Notes: a model not told the origin generated them from the sequence alone. Positions 16,219 to 25,636 are shown, counted from the first letter of the stretch. The stretch is DNA of 64,000 nt from Clostridia bacterium (GCA_017387685.1 JAFOEU010000058.1:67936-131935); one strand, 5' to 3'. Numbers and translations: made by a program.

Positions 16219-17439
16219 TTATTTTTTGAGTTGCTTTTCGACGGCGGCGATTCTGTCGCCGAGGGGCGGGTGGCTGTATTCGAGGACTACGTTGATCTTT
16301 GACGGGGAGAGATGGGAGAAATTCTCACGCGCGAGCTTTTTGAGTGCGGAGATCATCGCCTCGCCGTAGCCTTCGCTTACCGCCTGACGGTCTGCGCGAT
16401 ACTCAGCCGCGCGGCTTTTTGCGTTCATAAGGAGTGACATAAAGGGCTGCACGATTCCGAGTCCCGTGCCCATAAGCAGGTAGACGAAGCCGTAGTTCAC
16501 GCCGTCGAAGCCGAAGGCTGTGTGAAGCTCGGGAGCGCTTACGGCGAGGAAAGCGACCGCGCCCATCAGCGCCATATTGATGAGGTTGAGGGCTTGCGTT
16601 TTAGGAACGTCCTTGTGGAGTCCGTGACCGAGCTCGTGTGCAAATACGGCGCAGATCTCGTCGGGAGTCATCGAATTGACGAGGTTATCGTAGAGCACGA
16701 TGGTCTTAAGCTTACCAAAGCCCGTAAAATAGGCGTTGAGCTTCGTGGTTCGTCTGGAGGCGTCCATAACCTCGATCGCCTTAACCTTGTACCCGTGCTT
16801 GGTAAGAAGGCTCATAAGGCTTTCTTTGAGCTCACCGTCCTCAAGGGAAGTAAACTTATTTCCGATGCGGCTGAGGATGGGATAGAGGAAGGAGATAACG
16901 AGCGAGAAGCAGAACATCGCGCCCGCGAAGATCGGGATCATCCATACGCCGACGAGACTGTAGAATCCGAATACGGCGTAGCAAATAATGATCGAGAGGA
17001 TAAGATTGAGAAGGAACGAGCGGATACGGTCGGCGATGAAGGTCTTCACCGTCATTTTGTTAAAGCCGTATTTCTGTTCGATTATCATATTGGTAACGTA
17101 GCTGTCAATGATCTCGAAAACTGTCGAAATGAGTGTGGCGAAAACGATCACCGAGATCAGTCCCGCGTGGTCGCCTGCGGGGAAGATCGATGCAACCGCC
17201 GAGTAGGCATCGGTTGCGAGGAGCGCAAGCATAATTATTCCGGTCACTATAGAGGAGAGAATGCTGTACCTAGAATGCTCAGCCTCGTATTTTTTCCATT
17301 TTGAGTAGGTTTCATCGTCATAAACGTCCTTTAGGTTCTCGGGCGTCGGATTGCTCGCGGAGGAGTGCTGAACGATATTCAGCACGATACCGTAAAGTCC
17401 TCCGATGAGGGTGAGTATTATAATAGCGAGCTTGATCAT
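16219..17439 (-). CDS. M48-family zinc metallopeptidase (Ste24/HtpX-like, membrane)
   Basis: Multi-TM N-terminal half, HELGH zinc motif (FAHELGHGLHKD) and C-terminal HPPLGDR. Confidence 0.85.
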   Translation of the reverse strand: MIKLAIIILTLIGGLYGIVLNIVQHSSASNPTPENLKDVYDDETYSKWKKYEAEHSRYSILSSIVTGIIMLALLATDAYSAVASIFPAGDHAGLISVIVFATLISTVFEIIDSYVTNMIIEQKYGFNKMTVKTFIADRIRSFLLNLILSIIICYAVFGFYSLVGVWMIPIFAGAMFCFSLVISFLYPILSRIGNKFTSLEDGELKESLMSLLTKHGYKVKAIEVMDASRRTTKLNAYFTGFGKLKTIVLYDNLVNSMTPDEICAVFAHELGHGLHKDVPKTQALNLINMALMGAVAFLAVSAPELHTAFGFDGVNYGFVYLLMGTGLGIVQPFMSLLMNAKSRAAEYRADRQAVSEGYGEAMISALKKLARENFSHLSPSKINVVLEYSHPPLGDRIAAVEKQLKK

Positions 17440-18794
17440 TTTCCGTTCTCCTTTTTATCCATTTCGGCAAAGAGCTTTTCGTAGGGCATAAGCATACCCT
17501 CGTTCATCTTGTTGCCCATTTTTGCAAGTATTTTTTCATTCGACAAAAGCATACCTACGAGGTACATCTTTGCAGAAGTGAAGAACTTCTTCTGCGGGAA
17601 GTCGTAAATGCCCTGCTTTTTGTAGAATTTATGGTCGGCGCGCATCATTCCGCGCATCTGATATATGAGGTCGCGGAAGATCTTCATACCGCCAACGCCC
17701 CAAAAGCTCTGCGGAACCGTGTGCTTCGTTTCAAGCGCAAAGGTGAGGGATCTCGCAAGCGCGTCGATCTGCGCATCGGTATCGTGTTCGTCGGTTGCAA
17801 CGCCGGCAAGGAAATTGCCGCCCGTATCGGCGCGCGCCTCGATAACGGTGCGAAGATTGTGCTCCTCGGAATAGTTGCCCGAAACGAGATATCCGATCGG
17901 CATTCCGACCGTCACTGTGCGGTGACCGTTGCAGAAATTGCGATCGTCGTACATCTTGAAGCGCGCGCCCATCGAGTGATCGGAGACCGAAAAAGCATAG
18001 ACGATAGCGTCCGCAGTCTGAATGTTTTCGCGAAGAAAGCTGTCGAATCCGTCCTTGTAAACGCATTTTTCGGATACCGCACAGCGGAAGCAGCCGAGAC
18101 AGCCGCCCGATAGAGGATATTCCGAGATGTTGACAATTCTTGTGTTATATGGGAAGACCGCGCGGAAACGTTCGGTCATACGCGCGAGGTTTGAATTGCC
18201 GTCGGTGTTGTCGGTGATGATGACGATATCCTTGCTGTCTTTTTTGGAGACATCTTCGGCTTTATTGGCGGGGGCGGGGGTGTAGGCGGAAAGCTTTGTT
18301 ACTTTGGTTTCAAAAATGCCTTCAGCTACCGACCATAGGAAACGCTCGAAGAACATTTCGGCTTCTTGCTGACCTTTCTCGGTGAGCAGGTCTTCCATAT
18401 CAGCAGAAAGACCGCGGATATATCGCATACCGAAGTCAAGGACGTTTTCCTCGACGTATTTGTGCGCCGTGACGTCATAGAAGTGCTTTGACGTCGTGAT
18501 TTGCGTAGCGTATTTGTCCGAAAGATCAACGCCACTCGCACGGGTCAGCTCGATAAAACGGTGGAGCTGAGAGGGCGCGAGGAAGGTGTAGACGGGGTAG
18601 GAGAAGAGAAGCGCGTCGGCGGAGACGAGAATTTCTTTCGCTTCGTCAAAATTTCTCTCAAGAGCCTTGATCTTCTGACCCGCATTCAAAACTGTAAATT
18701 CGTGTTCGGGATATTTGCGTTCGAGGTAGCGAACGGTTTGAAGAGTGATGCTGTATTGCCCTTTTGGGCTACCGTTGATTACGGCTATTCTCAT
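17436..18794 (-). CDS. Tandem flavodoxin-fold NAD(P)H-dependent oxidoreductase / iron-sulfur-flavoprotein-like protein
   Basis: 452 aa. The N-terminal MRIAVINGSPKG is typical of FMN reductases. A second flavodoxin-like half carries the Cys cluster GGCLGCFRCAVSEKC. There are 4-nt overlaps with both neighbours. Confidence 0.75.
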   Translation of the reverse strand: MRIAVINGSPKGQYSITLQTVRYLERKYPEHEFTVLNAGQKIKALERNFDEAKEILVSADALLFSYPVYTFLAPSQLHRFIELTRASGVDLSDKYATQITTSKHFYDVTAHKYVEENVLDFGMRYIRGLSADMEDLLTEKGQQEAEMFFERFLWSVAEGIFETKVTKLSAYTPAPANKAEDVSKKDSKDIVIITDNTDGNSNLARMTERFRAVFPYNTRIVNISEYPLSGGCLGCFRCAVSEKCVYKDGFDSFLRENIQTADAIVYAFSVSDHSMGARFKMYDDRNFCNGHRTVTVGMPIGYLVSGNYSEEHNLRTVIEARADTGGNFLAGVATDEHDTDAQIDALARSLTFALETKHTVPQSFWGVGGMKIFRDLIYQMRGMMRADHKFYKKQGIYDFPQKKFFTSAKMYLVGMLLSNEKILAKMGNKMNEGMLMPYEKLFAEMDKKENGK

Positions 18795-20161
18795 TTGGTG
18801 CTGTCCTTTCCGATGATGTATTTCCTATAAAAGATGATTATGAAGGGAATTGAGATGAAGAAGGTGCACATATCAGCGATCGACTGCGCCGATTGAACGC
18901 CCGTGAGGTCGATGAAGAGGGGAAGCATCCAGATGACGGGCAGGAAGAAAATTCCCTGACGGCAGGAGGCGAGGAAGGTTGCCTGAAGCTTGAAGCCGAG
19001 GCCCTGATAGAGCTGGTTGACAAAGGTGCTGAACGCCATAAAGGGGATGCACGCGCAGAGGAAATAAAGCGTTTTTGTGCCGATGACGGCGACATCTGCG
19101 TCGTCGCAGAAGAACCACATTATTTCCTCGGCAAAGAGAGCAGAGAAGCCGCCGAAGACGAGGCAGATTACCGTGCCTACCTTGATTGCGAAGGTGAAGC
19201 ATTCCCAAGTGCGCTTTTTGTTGCCCGCACCGTAGTTGTAGCCCGCGGCGGGCTGGAAGCCCTGACCGAGACCGACGATGATGTTTCTAACGAGCATATA
19301 GACTTTATTGGCAATGGTCATCGCGGCACCCGCGGCATCACCGCCGTATTCGATAGCCTGAATGTTGAGCGCGGCGGAGGCTACGCTCGCAAGTCCCTGA
19401 CGGAATATGGTCGGAATACCCGTGGTTACGATTGCTCCGTAGTCCTCAAAGTGTCGGCTGACACTCTTCATATTGATCTTTACTATCGACTTGCCGAAGA
19501 GGAAGAAGCTGAAAAGTATCGAGAAGCTGACGACCTGGCTTGCCATCGTTGCAATAGCGGCGCCGCCCGTGCCCATATCGAAACCGTTGATTAGTATCGG
19601 GTCGAGGATCATATTTAGAATACCGCCCGTGGTTATGCCAACCATTGAAAAGAGTGAGAGTCCCTCGCTTCGGAGCGTGGTATTCAGAACGAAGGTCGCA
19701 CAGTTGAGCGGCGCGGCGATGAGGATGAAGCGCGCGTAGGGAATAGCGTGCGGCATCATCGTGTCGGTGCATCCGAGGAATCGGAGTATCGGCTCGAGAA
19801 AGAGCAGACCGAGCAGCATTATAAGCGAACCTACGGTTATAGATGCGAAGAACGCGCTTGAGGCGTATTTATCTGCGGCGGCGTTATCCTTAGCGCCGAG
19901 CTTTCTGCTGATAAGGCTGCCCGCGCCGACTCCGAGACCAAAGCCGAGAGCCTGAATTACCGACATTATCGAGAATACCGCACCGACTGCGGCGGATGCG
20001 GATTTTGATATCTGCGAGACGAAATATGTATCTGCCGTGTTGTAAATAACGGTGATAAGTGAGCTGACTACCGTCGGGATCGACAGCGAAGCGATCAGCC
20101 GAGGTATCGGCGTTTCCATCATTCTTTTGTATTGAGCATCGCTCTGATTCAAAGGTATCAT
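18791..20161 (-). CDS. MATE-family efflux transporter
   Basis: 456 aa, 12-TM-like, with the N-terminal motif PIPRLIASLSIPTVVSSLITVIYNTADTYFVSQ typical of MATE/NorM. Confidence 0.9.
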   Translation of the reverse strand: MIPLNQSDAQYKRMMETPIPRLIASLSIPTVVSSLITVIYNTADTYFVSQISKSASAAVGAVFSIMSVIQALGFGLGVGAGSLISRKLGAKDNAAADKYASSAFFASITVGSLIMLLGLLFLEPILRFLGCTDTMMPHAIPYARFILIAAPLNCATFVLNTTLRSEGLSLFSMVGITTGGILNMILDPILINGFDMGTGGAAIATMASQVVSFSILFSFFLFGKSIVKINMKSVSRHFEDYGAIVTTGIPTIFRQGLASVASAALNIQAIEYGGDAAGAAMTIANKVYMLVRNIIVGLGQGFQPAAGYNYGAGNKKRTWECFTFAIKVGTVICLVFGGFSALFAEEIMWFFCDDADVAVIGTKTLYFLCACIPFMAFSTFVNQLYQGLGFKLQATFLASCRQGIFFLPVIWMLPLFIDLTGVQSAQSIADMCTFFISIPFIIIFYRKYIIGKDSTK

Positions 20162-20186
20162 CTTCTTTCGGGTAATAATTAACTAT

Positions 20187-20215
20187 ATTATATCACATAA
20201 ATAAAGGAAATTCAA
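20187..20215 (-). promoter_or_regulatory. Promoter (TTGAAT-17-TATAAT) for the MATE-flavoprotein-M48 operon
   Basis: Reverse strand: -35 at 20210-20215 and -10 at 20187-20192. Confidence 0.55.
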
Positions 20216-20220
20216 TGAAA

Positions 20221-20250
20221 AAACCAAAGAAGCCGGCGAAAACCGACTTC
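20221..20250 (-). terminator. Terminator after the flavin-reductase-like gene
   Basis: GAAGCCGG/CCGACTTC stem (7 of 8 pairs). T-rich on the reverse strand. Confidence 0.5.
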
Positions 20251-20262
20251 TTTTTTAAAAAA

Positions 20263-21189
20263 TTATTTCTTTGCTTTTTCCTTGGAGCGCTTATCGTTGA
20301 TGATCTTCATGTGCTCTGCGGTGACGAGCGTGACACCGTTTTCATTTGCCCACGCGACACATCCCTTGAGAACTGCGGGGAGGAATACGCGCGGAACGCC
20401 GAGGATGGTTTCGAGCGCATCGTCGGTGAACTTGACCTTATCGTCGATGCGGTCTGCGGCGTAGCGCACAGATTCGAGAGATGCCTTGCGTACCTGAAGA
20501 AGCTCGGCGCGCATCTTTGTTTTTCTGTGGAACCAGAAGTTCTTCGAATCGCGGTAGCCGTAATCAACGGGAAGGGCGGGGAAGTCCTTGGCGCGAACGC
20601 CGTTGATGATAGCGTCGCGGTACTTTTTCTTCATAAGTATCTTATCGACCTTGAGAATGAAGTGCGCGCCGAATTTAGACGTGATACCGTTGAAATCGTG
20701 ATAGGGAGGCTCGTAGCCTGTCAGCTCACCCGGCATATCACGGTCTGCTCCGTCAAGCTCGCGCACCCAAGTACACTCAATGACTTGAATCGCGTCGGAG
20801 AGTACCATAGGTCTCGCCTCGCCGCTCTCCTCCTCGATCATACTCTTTTCAAGCTTGAAGTTGCACTTGGGCATCTTCTCAGAGGGTTTGTCGCCGGGCC
20901 ATGATAGCTTTACTGCTTCTTTGAAGGTCGCGGGTTTATCGTCAATGAAATTGATCGCGCACTTACCCGAGCGGAGAATGTTCTGCGCGGTGTTTGAGGA
21001 ATTTCGGCAGCATAGAAGCATAGCGTAGAAATCCTTGCCTGCTACGTAGTAGGGCTGCACGAGGGAATAGGGACCGAGAGTGGTCGTACCGTCCTCACAA
21101 AGCGTACTGATGATGACGGTGGGCATCGGGAAATAGAGCGAGGTCTGATAGAAATTATCCACGATGCGAAGGTTTTCAAAACTGCTCAT
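20263..21189 (-). CDS. Flavin-reductase-like (FMN-binding split-barrel) domain protein with a C-terminal extension
   Basis: N-terminal PMPTVIISTLCEDGTTTLGPYS...NTAQNILRSGKCAINFI resembles the Flavin_Reduct domain. The C-terminal ~120 aa are unassigned. Confidence 0.6.
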   Translation of the reverse strand: MSSFENLRIVDNFYQTSLYFPMPTVIISTLCEDGTTTLGPYSLVQPYYVAGKDFYAMLLCCRNSSNTAQNILRSGKCAINFIDDKPATFKEAVKLSWPGDKPSEKMPKCNFKLEKSMIEEESGEARPMVLSDAIQVIECTWVRELDGADRDMPGELTGYEPPYHDFNGITSKFGAHFILKVDKILMKKKYRDAIINGVRAKDFPALPVDYGYRDSKNFWFHRKTKMRAELLQVRKASLESVRYAADRIDDKVKFTDDALETILGVPRVFLPAVLKGCVAWANENGVTLVTAEHMKIINDKRSKEKAKK

Positions 21190-21262
21190 AATGAATGCTC
21201 CTTTTATAATTGAATTGTCAATATTATTATACCTTTCTTTTTCCGAAAAGTCAAGTGTATAT

Positions 21263-21293
21263 CAAAAAACCATCCCCGAAATCGAGGATGGTT
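21263..21293 (-). terminator. Terminator after rnfB
   Basis: AACCATCC...GGATGGTT stem with a reverse-strand TTTTTT run. Confidence 0.65.
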
Positions 21294-21300
21294 TTGAATC

Positions 21301-22122
21301 TTATAAGAAGCACTTATCACAGACGAAGACGTCCTTGTGGATCGCTCCGACGGGGCAAGCGTCGACGCAAGCGCCGCAGCTCGTGCACTTGGAGTGATCG
21401 AGAAGGGGAAGGTTTTCGTCCATGGTGATCGCGCCGTTGGGGCAGGTACGTGCACACTTGGTGCATCCGATACAGCCGTTTGTGCACATCTTACGGGTGA
21501 TAGCGCCCTTATCGTGGTTGGAACAGCCGATCGCGATGATGGTGCCGTCCTCCTGCATCTTGATGGTGCTGTGGGGACAGGTCTTTGCGCAGAGTCCGCA
21601 ACCCGAGCAGAGGCTCGAGATAACCTTTGCTACGCCGTCGTGGATGATGATGGCGTTGTTGGGACAAACAGATGCGCAGTCGCCGAGACCGATGCAAGCG
21701 AAGGTGCAGACGTTTTCGCCTTCCCAATGCTCTGCTGCCTCACGGCAGGTGGTGAAGCCGTCGCGGAGGTGCTTTTCATCCTTCTTGGTAGCCTCGCAGG
21801 TGCCGTGGCATCCGACGTAGGCAAAGAGCTTGATGGTCTTGCCTGCCTCAACGCCGAGGACGTTTGCGATCTCCTGCGAAGTGGTATCGCCGCCGGGAAC
21901 GCAGAGGTTGGTTTCGGTGATCTTACCCTCGGAGAGGGCACGAGCGTAGCCGTCGCATCCGCTGAAGCCGCAAGCGCCGCAGTTTGCACCGGGGAGCGCG
22001 TCACGGATAGCGAGGAATTTTTCGTCCTCTTTGACTCCGAAGAGGATGTTGGAAACGGTAAGTATGATCGCGCAAACTACTGCGACCGCAAGACAGATAA
22101 GAACGGGAATAAGTATTGCCAT
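21301..22122 (-). CDS. rnfB: Rnf electron transport complex subunit B (poly-ferredoxin type)
   Basis: N-terminal TM helix and a CGACGFSGC cluster, then several CxxCxxCxxxCP motifs (CSGCGLCAKTCP, CIGCTKCARTCP, CTSCGACVDACP). The ATG at 22122 has a GGAGG RBS. Confidence 0.9.
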   Translation of the reverse strand: MAILIPVLICLAVAVVCAIILTVSNILFGVKEDEKFLAIRDALPGANCGACGFSGCDGYARALSEGKITETNLCVPGGDTTSQEIANVLGVEAGKTIKLFAYVGCHGTCEATKKDEKHLRDGFTTCREAAEHWEGENVCTFACIGLGDCASVCPNNAIIIHDGVAKVISSLCSGCGLCAKTCPHSTIKMQEDGTIIAIGCSNHDKGAITRKMCTNGCIGCTKCARTCPNGAITMDENLPLLDHSKCTSCGACVDACPVGAIHKDVFVCDKCFL

Positions 22123-22135
22123 AATTTCTGCCTCC

Positions 22136-22729
22136 TTATGCGAGAAGATTTTCAACGATTCCCGCAAAGCCGTAGAACGCCATAGCTACGATGGATGCGG
22201 CAATGAGAGTTACGGGAAGTCCGCGGAAGCACTTGGGTGCGTTCGAATCGTCGAGCTTGGAGCGAACGCCCGCGAAGAGGAGCATTGCAAGCAGGAAGCC
22301 GAGACCTACGCCGAGGGAGGAGATCATAGACTCGAGGAAGGAGTAGCCCGCGGTGATGTTGTTGATGGTAACGCCGAGAACCGCGCAGTTGGTGGTGATC
22401 AGGGGGAGATAGATACCGAGCGACGCGTGAAGCGAGGGGATGAATCTCTTTAAGATGATCTCAACGAACTGAACGAGGGTTGCGATTACGAGAATGAATA
22501 CGATGGTCTGGAAATATTCGATCTTGAGGGGAACGAGAACGAAATTGTAGATCGGCCAGGTTGCCGCGGTAGCGAAGAGCATAACGAAGATAACCGCCAT
22601 ACCCATACCGCTTGCCTGATTTACCTTCTTTGATACACCAAGGAAGGGACAGATGCCGAGGAACTGATTGAGGACGTAGTTGTTGATAAGAACGCCGCCC
22701 ATAAGAATAAGGATAAGACTCTTAAGCAT
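22136..22729 (-). CDS. rnfA: Rnf complex subunit A
   Basis: FLGICPFLGVS and LGIYLPLITTNCAVLGV signatures. Confidence 0.9.
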   Translation of the reverse strand: MLKSLILILMGGVLINNYVLNQFLGICPFLGVSKKVNQASGMGMAVIFVMLFATAATWPIYNFVLVPLKIEYFQTIVFILVIATLVQFVEIILKRFIPSLHASLGIYLPLITTNCAVLGVTINNITAGYSFLESMISSLGVGLGFLLAMLLFAGVRSKLDDSNAPKCFRGLPVTLIAASIVAMAFYGFAGIVENLLA

Positions 22730-23426
22730 TTTCTACTTCCTCCTTCTTTTCATTGTTCATACAGGACTTGCTTGTGCAAACCGATGCGGAGGGACAGCCC
22801 TCGCAGGAGAAGGACTTCTTCTTGACGCCGCCCTTCTTTTCGGTGAGCTTGTTCATAATGGCGATGAGGATACCGTAAACGAGGAAGCCACCGGGAGCCG
22901 CCGCGAGAACGGGGATCTTGAACATCTTCATAAATCCGAGCTCGAAGCCCATAAACGTACCTGCGCCGAATACCTCACGGATGAATGCCATAAGGAAGAG
23001 CGCGAGGATGAATCCGAGACCCATTCCGAGGCCGTCGAATGCGGAATCAAGGACGGTGTTCTTTCTTGCGAACATTTCGGCTCTGCCGAGAATTACGCAG
23101 TTAACGACGATGAGCGCAAGGTAAACGCCGAGCATTTCGTAGATCGAGGGGAGGAATGCCTGAAGAAGCATCTGTACCGCAGTTACGAACGCCGCGATGA
23201 TAACGATGTAGCAGGGAACGCGGACGGTATCGGGGATCACCTTACGAAGCGCCGAGATAACGACGTTCGAGCAGATGAGAACGACAGTTGCCGCGAGACC
23301 CATGGAGAGTGCGGAGGTGATGTTGCCGGTTACCGCAAGGGTAGGACAAGTACCGAGAATAAGAATGAGAACGGGGTTCTCTGCGATTATACCGCGAAGG
23401 AGAATAGATAACTTATTGTTTTTCAT
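22722..23426 (-). CDS. rnfE: Rnf complex subunit E (with a Cys-rich C-terminal tail)
   Basis: NPVLILILGTCPTLAVT and LALIVVNCVILGRAE signatures. The tail is SFSCEGCPSASVCTSKSC. Confidence 0.9.
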   Translation of the reverse strand: MKNNKLSILLRGIIAENPVLILILGTCPTLAVTGNITSALSMGLAATVVLICSNVVISALRKVIPDTVRVPCYIVIIAAFVTAVQMLLQAFLPSIYEMLGVYLALIVVNCVILGRAEMFARKNTVLDSAFDGLGMGLGFILALFLMAFIREVFGAGTFMGFELGFMKMFKIPVLAAAPGGFLVYGILIAIMNKLTEKKGGVKKKSFSCEGCPSASVCTSKSCMNNEKKEEVENA

Positions 23427-24640
23427 TACTGTACTCCTCCTTTAATGGAATTGAATGCCGCGAAAGCGTCCTCGGTGGACTGCTTCATAGCGTTTGAGGT
23501 CATAGTTGCGGTTGCGATGACTGCGGCGTCACCGGTCCAGGTCTCGGAGGTAAGTCCCTCGAAGCCTGACTTGTAGGAACCGATGTCCATACCGCCGAAT
23601 GCCGCGAAATACTCTTCGTCGAAGATATACTGCTTAGCTTCGATCTTTGCGATCGCGCCGTTTGCATCGAGGATAACGTAAACGTCCATCTGATGGAAGC
23701 CCATGCTTCTCGAGTAGAATGCATAGTAATCAGCGCCGCTTGACTTGAAGGTGGATGCGGAAACGAGAGTGCCGAAGGTGGAAACCTCGATGGATGTGAT
23801 ATCCGAAGCATCTGCGAAGTTCTTGGTGATCTTAGCGGAGAGATCGTCTGCGTAGGATTTCTGATTTGCAGCTGCGTGTGCCTTTGCTTCCTCTGCAAGT
23901 GCAGACTGTGCATCGGTCACGTTGTTGCCCTCTGCGTCATAAACAATGCATCCGCCGGTTGCGTTGACGAGGGTGAGGAAGCCGTTTTCGCCGTCGGAGG
24001 AGATGTATGCAAAGCCTGCGTCGTTTGCAGCCTTAAGGATCTTCTTGAAGCTGCCGGACGCATCGATTGCCGCGGGATTTACAAATCCGGGAGCGAACTC
24101 TGCGATCTTCGCCTCGAGTGCGATAGCGGGATCAAGCTTGCCGCCCGATGCGAGGGTGAAGCTCTGGAGCGCGTTGTTTACCGCGTCGCGGTAGCCGTTA
24201 CTGGTCATGGTTGCGCCCGCGATAAGGTTGGGAGCGAAGTCTGCGAGAGACTGACCGTTGTAGCTGTTGTCGATCAGGGGCTCCTTACCGAAGGTGTCCT
24301 GGGTTTCAAGGCACTTCGAGCCGGTGATCTTACCCTCGGCGTTTACGCCGACCATAATGACCATACCCGACTTGTAGCCGGTGGACACAACACGGAAGAC
24401 GTAGCCCTTGCCTGAGGTTTCTTTGTAAGCGTTTGTGATTGCCTCGGGAAGACCGAGGGTGGAGATATCGAGCTCTTCGAAATTGGTGCCGTCGGGCATA
24501 ACCTCGAGGAGTGCGCCGTTTGCCGCTGCGGCTCTCTGCGCCTCAATGATGGGGCCGGTTATCATATTGATTCCCGAAAGGATGAGGGCAACTGCCATAC
24601 AGATGCAGGAGAGGACGATAGTGGGTTTAACGTTATTCAT
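23426..24640 (-). CDS. rnfG: Rnf complex subunit G, unusually long, with two FMN_bind-like domains
   Basis: N-terminal anchor plus two flavinylation-type motifs, IAGATMTSNGYRDAV and IATATMTSNAMKQST. It sits between rnfD and rnfE. Confidence 0.8.
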   Translation of the reverse strand: MNNVKPTIVLSCICMAVALILSGINMITGPIIEAQRAAAANGALLEVMPDGTNFEELDISTLGLPEAITNAYKETSGKGYVFRVVSTGYKSGMVIMVGVNAEGKITGSKCLETQDTFGKEPLIDNSYNGQSLADFAPNLIAGATMTSNGYRDAVNNALQSFTLASGGKLDPAIALEAKIAEFAPGFVNPAAIDASGSFKKILKAANDAGFAYISSDGENGFLTLVNATGGCIVYDAEGNNVTDAQSALAEEAKAHAAANQKSYADDLSAKITKNFADASDITSIEVSTFGTLVSASTFKSSGADYYAFYSRSMGFHQMDVYVILDANGAIAKIEAKQYIFDEEYFAAFGGMDIGSYKSGFEGLTSETWTGDAAVIATATMTSNAMKQSTEDAFAAFNSIKGGVQ

Positions 24641-25503
24641 TACTTTGCTACCTCCTCATTCTTCTTTGCACCGATCAGGTCGATATAGGGGCAAAGAATA
24701 TTCATAAGAAGAATTGCGAAGGGAACTGCTTCTGCTGCAGTGCCGTAGAGGCTGATAAGTACGGTGATAAGCGCACAGCAAAGAGCGAAAACGATCTTGC
24801 CGTACCACTTCTTGGGAGAGGTAACGGGATCGGTTGCCATAAATACTGCACCGATAACGATGGTTCCGCCGAGGGTGAGAGCGAGCGCACCCGAAATATC
24901 AGCACCGAATGCAAGCGAGAGAAGGAACGCTCCGCCGAGATAAACGACGGGAGTCTCCCAGCTGATCACCTTGCGGATGATAAGGTAGATTCCGCCGACG
25001 AGCAGAGCGGCAACGCAAGCATCGCCGAGAGAGCCCGTGCGGTTGCAGATCAGCATATCAAGCGTCGAGGGAGCACTTTCACCTGCTATCGGGGAGATGC
25101 CGGTGAATGCGATGAGCAGCATTACCTTTGCGGCAACGGCGGGATTTACGAAGTTCTTGCCGAGTCCGCCGAATGCGCACTTGACGATAACGATCGCAAA
25201 CACACTGCCCACAAGACAATGCCAGATTGTTACGTTTGTTGAAAGGTTGAGCGCGAGCAGAAGTCCTGTGACAACTGCGGTGAGATCGCCGACGGTCTGT
25301 TCCTTTTTCGCGAGTATGTTAAAAACAAACTCGGAAACGAGAGCAGTACCTACGCAGACCGCAATGATGATCGCGGCTTTGAGTCCGAAGAGGACGATTG
25401 CCGCTACCGTTGCGGGAGCAAGGGCGATCAGAAGATCGAGCATTACGCTTTTGGTTTTACGCGGCGCAATGCAGGAAGAATTTGAAGTGTTCAAATTTTC
25501 CAT
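24640..25503 (-). CDS. rnfD: Rnf complex subunit D
   Basis: Polytopic membrane protein with FMATDPVTSP and NqrB/RnfD-like helices. It is the first gene after a consensus promoter. Confidence 0.85.
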   Translation of the reverse strand: MENLNTSNSSCIAPRKTKSVMLDLLIALAPATVAAIVLFGLKAAIIIAVCVGTALVSEFVFNILAKKEQTVGDLTAVVTGLLLALNLSTNVTIWHCLVGSVFAIVIVKCAFGGLGKNFVNPAVAAKVMLLIAFTGISPIAGESAPSTLDMLICNRTGSLGDACVAALLVGGIYLIIRKVISWETPVVYLGGAFLLSLAFGADISGALALTLGGTIVIGAVFMATDPVTSPKKWYGKIVFALCCALITVLISLYGTAAEAVPFAILLMNILCPYIDLIGAKKNEEVAK

Positions 25504-25557
25504 CTTTTTTTACTCCTTTTGTCTATGTAATAAAAGTTTTTTCAGAATGTATAATGA

Positions 25558-25590
25558 AACTGCATTATAATATAAATATTAAATGCAGTT
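25558..25590 (-). promoter_or_regulatory. 9-bp-stem hairpin in the rnfD leader
   Basis: AACTGCATT (25558-25566) pairs with AATGCAGTT (25582-25590) around a 15-nt AT-only loop. Confidence 0.35.
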
Positions 25591-25607
25591 CCGAAAAACC
25601 CCATTAT

Positions 25608-25636
25608 ATTATACCACAAAAGCACTTCTCTGTCAA
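25608..25636 (-). promoter_or_regulatory. Consensus promoter (TTGACA-17-TATAAT) directly upstream of rnfD
   Basis: Reverse strand: -35 at 25631-25636 and -10 at 25608-25613. This leaves a leader of about 100 nt. Confidence 0.6.

Noticed and set aside
22680-23411. 243-aa forward ORF and other long forward ORFs across the rnf cluster (21337-22185, 23876-24415, 25037-25570)
   Set aside because: All are antisense to rnf subunit genes with canonical signatures.
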